Below, in pieces: positions 59,790-64,000 of a stretch of DNA of 64,000 nucleotides (position 1 is its first letter; the number at the start of each line of letters is the position of its first letter). The position numbers and the translations under genes are program-made. The DNA is from an uncultured Pseudomonadales bacterium (lineage in GTDB: Bacteria; Patescibacteriota; Microgenomatia; UBA1400; UBA12028). The notes below the pieces were generated by a model. It worked only from the letters and a program-made list of their open reading frames with translations. It was not told the DNA's origin and did no database searches. Where the stretch lies: positions 288,293 through 352,292 of the forward strand of contig CAZWPK010000001.1 in the NCBI GenBank assembly GCA_964635905.1, in the 5' to 3' direction.

Positions 59790-60044
59790 CTATTGGCGCC
59801 ACAGTTTCTGGTTATCAAAAATCTTTGGAATGGTTATCGTACCATTCTCAAGACCAAAGTAGGCAAATGTGTTTTCTACTAACACAAGTTTTCTAACGAG
59901 AGAAGGAGGGATTGGATACTTTTTCCCCTCATGCATTAGATAATAATGGGTGCTTTTTTCTACACCCGTTGCACTTTCTGAAATAATGCGACCTTTACGA
60001 AGTCCTGATTCAATCATATTTTTCTCCCGCACTACACTACGCAA
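59790..60044 (-). CDS. hypothetical protein
   Basis: An 84-aa ORF adjacent to the tRNA cluster. Confidence 0.3.
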   Translation of the reverse strand: MRSVVREKNMIESGLRKGRIISESATGVEKSTHYYLMHEGKKYPIPPSLVRKLVLVENTFAYFGLENGTITIPKIFDNQKLWRQ

Positions 60045-60365
60045 CGACTTCCTTTCTGAAACAAGCTAACAAATTTCAGAAGGATTCAGCGATAGAATAA
60101 CATAGACGTTCGGAAAACTACGTAAGAATAGTATGGATAGAAAATATACCTGGATTGAAGTCTGCCGATCTAGGATCTGGACCCTATTTTGAGTTATCCG
60201 CTAGACAGGCTCTCCCAAAAATATCGATGTCTTTGCATCAAGAATCCGTTGGGAGTGTTGTGTGTGCACTTGTACGAAGATGACACCTTCTGCCACTTTG
60301 CTTGATTCATAAGATGGACCAAGTTCTACGCTGAGCTGCTTTGCTGGTGTCCATCCACATTTATG

Positions 60366-60758
60366 CTAAAACTCAGAGTTTTTAGGTTCGCAAATAAGTA
60401 TGGAGAAATCGGCAGAGAATTGGCTCATCGTTTGACTGTAGATTGAGAGCATTTCTCGACCGAATCCCCTGCCTTGGAATCTAGGATGAACACAAAGCTC
60501 ACCGACATAGTTTGCTTGTAGAGTTTGCTTCTGTACAACGATAGTTCGGATGACCGAGAGCAAGTGAGCCACGATCGAGAGATCATCAAAGAGTACCAAA
60601 CGTTGAGGAGATAACTGTTTGTCTTCAAAAGGATAGATACTGTCCACTAAATTCTCTGGAAAGAAAATTGAATTTAGAAATGCAATAGTTTGCCGTTGTG
60701 ACAAGGAAAGATTCTTATCCTCTATCCACAGCAATTGCGGTGATTCAGTTCTTTTCAT
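60366..60758 (-). CDS. GNAT-family N-acetyltransferase
   Basis: Motif A is LCVHPRFQGRGFGREML. The length is 130 aa. Confidence 0.7.
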   Translation of the reverse strand: MKRTESPQLLWIEDKNLSLSQRQTIAFLNSIFFPENLVDSIYPFEDKQLSPQRLVLFDDLSIVAHLLSVIRTIVVQKQTLQANYVGELCVHPRFQGRGFGREMLSIYSQTMSQFSADFSILICEPKNSEF

Positions 60759-60796
60759 TCAGTGAGGTTCCCTGTTATGAATGAAGCGTGTTGTTG

Positions 60797-60878
60797 TGCC
60801 CGGAAGAGGACTTGAACCTCCATGGATTGCTCCACACGCTCCTGAAGCGTGCGCGTCTGCCAGTTTCGCCATCCGGGC
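60797..60878 (-). tRNA. tRNA-Leu (anticodon CAG)
   Basis: The acceptor stem is GCCCGGA/TCCGGGC and the anticodon loop TTCAGGA. It has a long variable arm. Confidence 0.8.
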
Positions 60879-60956
60879 AAGATCCTTATTGTATCAAGAA
60901 AAAGTATGGATTGATTAGTCTGCTTTCAGAAATCGACTATACATGACTATCCGAAA

Positions 60957-61367
60957 TTATTCTTCCGTAGCGTGTTTGACAATTCCATCGGGGAACAGTT
61001 CTAAGGTTAACAGAAGGTTGTCTGCGGCATCATATTGGAAACTAAACACTCGTGGATGTTCTGTAGTACCTGTTGCATATGTAATCACAGAGATAGCTTC
61101 TGGTAATCGGATGAGACGATAGAGTTGGGTTCGTCTGCCCTGCTCCCACTCAACTATAACCATGATCTCATCGGTACCAAGGACTGGTTCTGATTCCACA
61201 TGAAGTAATGCATAATTAGCCGGCATATTTGCTCGTAGTTCATTGCGTTGTGGTTCTGATTGCGACAAGTTAGAGCATGCGGAGAGAACTCCGGAAACAA
61301 GTATTCCACTGACTGTGAGTAGACGTTCCGTTGTGTTAAGGTGTCCTTTTTTTTGTTCTGCTGACAT
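60957..61367 (-). CDS. putative lipoprotein
   Basis: The start was reassigned to MSAEQKK (61367), downstream of the tRNA-Gly promoter region. The signal peptide ends in the lipobox LSAC. Confidence 0.5.
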   Translation of the reverse strand: MSAEQKKGHLNTTERLLTVSGILVSGVLSACSNLSQSEPQRNELRANMPANYALLHVESEPVLGTDEIMVIVEWEQGRRTQLYRLIRLPEAISVITYATGTTEHPRVFSFQYDAADNLLLTLELFPDGIVKHATEE

Positions 61368-61450
61368 AGTCTGTGTAATAGTAATAGATGAACATAGTGT
61401 ACTCCGATCATGGATTTTTGCCAAGTATCTGCTGTTTGGCCTGATTTTTA

Positions 61451-61459
61451 TGCTACAAT
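61451..61459 (+). promoter_or_regulatory. candidate extended -10 promoter element for tRNA-Gly
   Basis: TGcTACAAT lies 12 nt upstream of the tRNA-Gly 5' end. No good -35 is present at 17-bp spacing. Confidence 0.3.
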
Positions 61460-61471
61460 TACAAAATATTT

Positions 61472-61547
61472 GCGGTAGTAGCTCAGTTGGTAGAGCGTCT
61501 CCTTGCCAAGGAGAAGGTCGCGAGTCCGAGTCTCGTCTACCGCTCCA
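61472..61547 (+). tRNA. tRNA-Gly (anticodon GCC), CCA encoded
   Basis: The acceptor stem is GCGGTAG/CTACCGC, the D-arm GCTC-AGTTGGTA-GAGC, the anticodon loop TTGCCAA, the discriminator U73 and a genomically encoded CCA. Confidence 0.85.
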
Positions 61548-61641
61548 TGCGTGTCTAGAATATGTCCCTAAAAGGGATAGACTCGTTGAATTCATTTTCA
61601 CCATCTAGTCTCATTCGGAAAGATTTCGAGTTTTTTGTTAT

Positions 61642-62214
61642 GTGTCGTATACTATCGGGATGTCTGAACATAAAATATCTGTAGCTGGAACAATTGAGAA
61701 TGAAGGTAGACATGTAGGAGTTCTTGGAAACGGATTACTATTAGTAGAAAAACGCAAAACAGGACTTCTAGCACTCCCTGCAGGCCATTTGGGAAATGAA
61801 TTGCCGATTAATGGCATCATTCGAGAAATTGAGGAAGAGACTGGTCTAAAAAGAGCGCAATACACTCTATATCCCCAGCCACTCATCTACACAGTAGTAT
61901 ACCCAACTAAAGTCTCTTTAGGATTGTTATATACTGGGAAAACGATTCATCCGATCCAAAGTCAGGGGTATGAAGTAGATTCTGAGGAAATTTCCTGGGT
62001 TCGACCGTACTCAATTGATGAGCTTCTTCAATTACTTGCACATCCTGAAAAGTTATATAAACCTGAGTTTAATCAGTTGTTTATTGCCCAAATGCTGCTT
62101 GGATGGATCCAACAAAAGTATGCGTTTGAATCACTTTCATTTCAAAAAAGTTTGGCGCTCGACTACGGGATCACCGAGGCACAATTGTTGGGCTTTGCTC
62201 AAGTAAGAGAATAG
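61642..62214 (+). CDS. NUDIX hydrolase
   Basis: The Nudix box is GIIREIEEETGL (Gx5Ex7REUxEExGU). The length is 190 aa. Confidence 0.8.
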   Translation: MSYTIGMSEHKISVAGTIENEGRHVGVLGNGLLLVEKRKTGLLALPAGHLGNELPINGIIREIEEETGLKRAQYTLYPQPLIYTVVYPTKVSLGLLYTGKTIHPIQSQGYEVDSEEISWVRPYSIDELLQLLAHPEKLYKPEFNQLFIAQMLLGWIQQKYAFESLSFQKSLALDYGITEAQLLGFAQVRE

Positions 62215-62242
62215 CCCTTTATCCAACATTGTTTTTTTGAAG

Positions 62243-63994
62243 TTAGATCTCGCCTTCCGGCAGCTGCAGCGTTGCACTAGGTGTAGATGGAACAGGTTCC
62301 AGTGATGGAATTGGGGTTGGTATTGGACTCGTCGATGATTGAGGAGTGGGAATAATCGGAGTGACAGTCTGGCCCTCTCCAATACTTTGCTTGCCGGGCT
62401 GCGCAAATAATGCTGTCCATCCAAATAAGAGATCCAATGGAGCTGGTTTTTGTAGGCGGATTGTAAAACCACTAGCAGTTCGCTTCGTGACTAAGAAGGC
62501 AATGTCTTGCGATAGCAATAACTCCTCTGCAGACTCGTCAGATTCTGGAGTGCTCAACAACGTTGCTTGCACAATTGGAGTTACGGAATACGTTTTGCTA
62601 AATGGTACAGTTACCTGATTCGCGCCTGATTTAATTACTGCAGTACCGGCCGAATCGGAAGCAGAGAGAGGAGAGTTTGTATAGGTGACGTCGCCTGCAT
62701 ACGTCGAAGCTCCATTAAAGAGCGTGGTTCCCAGGAACGTGGCGTTTCCCATGACCTGCAATCCCTTCCCTACTTTGAGTAAATTCAAGACAGTAAGGGA
62801 ATTCAGTGTGTGATCTTGTGAATCGGAGAACACCTGCGTCGCACTAGTGGTTGCCGTATATTGCGCCGCCAGAAGCGATGACAGTGTATCTAATCGGTTG
62901 GTAAAGATCTCCATTCCTTCAATGCGATCGGCACGAATTGTTTTGGCGACCAACAAATCCGTGATCACTTGTGGACTGATAATATCGCTATAGGCAACAA
63001 CGCGATCCGCACTTACGGCTGTATTGCTTGTCCGTGTAGCATCTTCTTTTTGAGAGCGAAGGTACTGTAAGATATCCCATTGGAGTGTGGATAAAGAGCT
63101 TGTTGTATTGGACCCTACATCATACTGGCTACTGGTTAATCCTGACTCTTGGTTATTGAGAACCAAGGGATCGTTAGTGCTGATTTCCTTGATGAGGATA
63201 TCGAGCGGGGTTCCTACATAGTCACTTAGGTTGACAAATACCTCGATGACTCCACAGATTTCACCAGGCAATGCATCCGCGGCAGGACACGGTGTTTGAT
63301 TAGCTTGGCTAAGATCAGAGAGAGCAGTTCCCAATACTCTACCCGCTTTAGTTGCACGCATTGCATACCCCGGTACATCAGAAGCGGTTATCCGATCCCC
63401 TGCTTTGATCGGCCCATTTTGGCTGATAACTTTGACTGGAACTCGACCTACTAATGCGACCGCATAGGATTGCTCTTCTTTAGGTCCCAAGACTAGCCCA
63501 GGTGCGGTGGCAACGATTCCTAAGACATCAGCTTGATATGCTCGTTCCGCTTTAGAAACGGCGCCAACTGTTCGTTGGTCTAATCGAACAACAGTACCGG
63601 GTTCCAACTCGCTTTCAGATGTGTAGTATTCTGCCAAGTCGGCCCCTCCAGTAAATCCAACTTCCAAGGCAAGACTCCCAGTGAGTGCGATTCCATCGTT
63701 GATGATTTCAGAGCGAATGTTAAACAATTGATTCGCTAAATAATCGAGTCCTTGACCTAAACGAACATCGCGGGTTTCCAGATACATGTGTGTTTGTGTT
63801 CCGACAACCAGCGCCCGTCCAGACAGGTCGATTGTGCGAATGTTGTCATAGTTCGTGCCTGTCCACACTCCTCCTGCATCATCGGTTTGTTCCGATCCGT
63901 CATGAAACACATCGGCGACGATATTTGGCCCAGCCTGATGGTTATAACAGGTCACTGCTCCACCATCAGCAGCATCATTGGTTCCAACGCACAT
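62243..63994 (-). CDS. large secreted/surface protein, Ser/Thr-rich with Pro-rich C-terminus (5' end may lie beyond window)
   Basis: The ORF is at least 583 aa and runs to the window edge. The C-terminus is PTPQSSTSPIPTPIPSLEPVPSTPS. It is rich in Gly/Thr/Val beta-strand-type sequence. Confidence 0.45.
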   Translation of the reverse strand: MCVGTNDAADGGAVTCYNHQAGPNIVADVFHDGSEQTDDAGGVWTGTNYDNIRTIDLSGRALVVGTQTHMYLETRDVRLGQGLDYLANQLFNIRSEIINDGIALTGSLALEVGFTGGADLAEYYTSESELEPGTVVRLDQRTVGAVSKAERAYQADVLGIVATAPGLVLGPKEEQSYAVALVGRVPVKVISQNGPIKAGDRITASDVPGYAMRATKAGRVLGTALSDLSQANQTPCPAADALPGEICGVIEVFVNLSDYVGTPLDILIKEISTNDPLVLNNQESGLTSSQYDVGSNTTSSLSTLQWDILQYLRSQKEDATRTSNTAVSADRVVAYSDIISPQVITDLLVAKTIRADRIEGMEIFTNRLDTLSSLLAAQYTATTSATQVFSDSQDHTLNSLTVLNLLKVGKGLQVMGNATFLGTTLFNGASTYAGDVTYTNSPLSASDSAGTAVIKSGANQVTVPFSKTYSVTPIVQATLLSTPESDESAEELLLSQDIAFLVTKRTASGFTIRLQKPAPLDLLFGWTALFAQPGKQSIGEGQTVTPIIPTPQSSTSPIPTPIPSLEPVPSTPSATLQLPEGEI

Positions 63995-64000
63995 TTGACG

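Noticed and set aside
59564-59818. 84-aa minus-strand ORF overlapping tRNA-Val and tRNA-Leu(GAG)
   Set aside because: It overlaps two confidently folded tRNA genes and is a spurious ORF.

Overview
The window is chromosomal DNA from a bacterium with a compact gene layout and many short hypothetical genes. It is most likely a monoderm or CPR/Patescibacteria-like lineage; this is inferred from gene content (a type IV pilus locus with PilM/N/O and no secretin, a reduced housekeeping set) and is not proven. Nine tRNA genes are supported: four tRNA-Leu isoacceptors, Lys, Arg, Val, Gly, and an atypical Phe-like gene; five of them sit in a dense cluster near 59.3-60.9 kb. The most notable features are these. 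(1) gyrB is split by a 435-aa intein carrying an HNH-type homing endonuclease, inserted in the GDSAGG motif. (2) A roughly 6-kb AT-rich segment at 14.2-20.4 kb holds a XerC/D-type tyrosine recombinase flanked by a small family of diverged paralogous proteins: two tandem GNAT-like paralogs plus a homolog of only their N-terminal domain. (3) A 12-kb type IV pilus locus contains an embedded PKD-domain Cys-rich protein and six pilin-like genes. (4) A T-box-like terminator/antiterminator leader precedes tyrS. (5) Two reading frames are interrupted by in-frame stops, one of them a CheY-like receiver. Housekeeping genes identified from conserved motifs are dnaB, gdhA, an lgt-like gene, lspA, rluA-family, queA, tgt, yebC, xerC-like, gyrA, ppa, gyrB, holB, pilB/T/C/D/M/N/O, rpsP, rnc, nusB, recG, tyrS, an M32 carboxypeptidase, uppP and trpS. 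No CRISPR arrays, IS elements or rRNA genes were detected.
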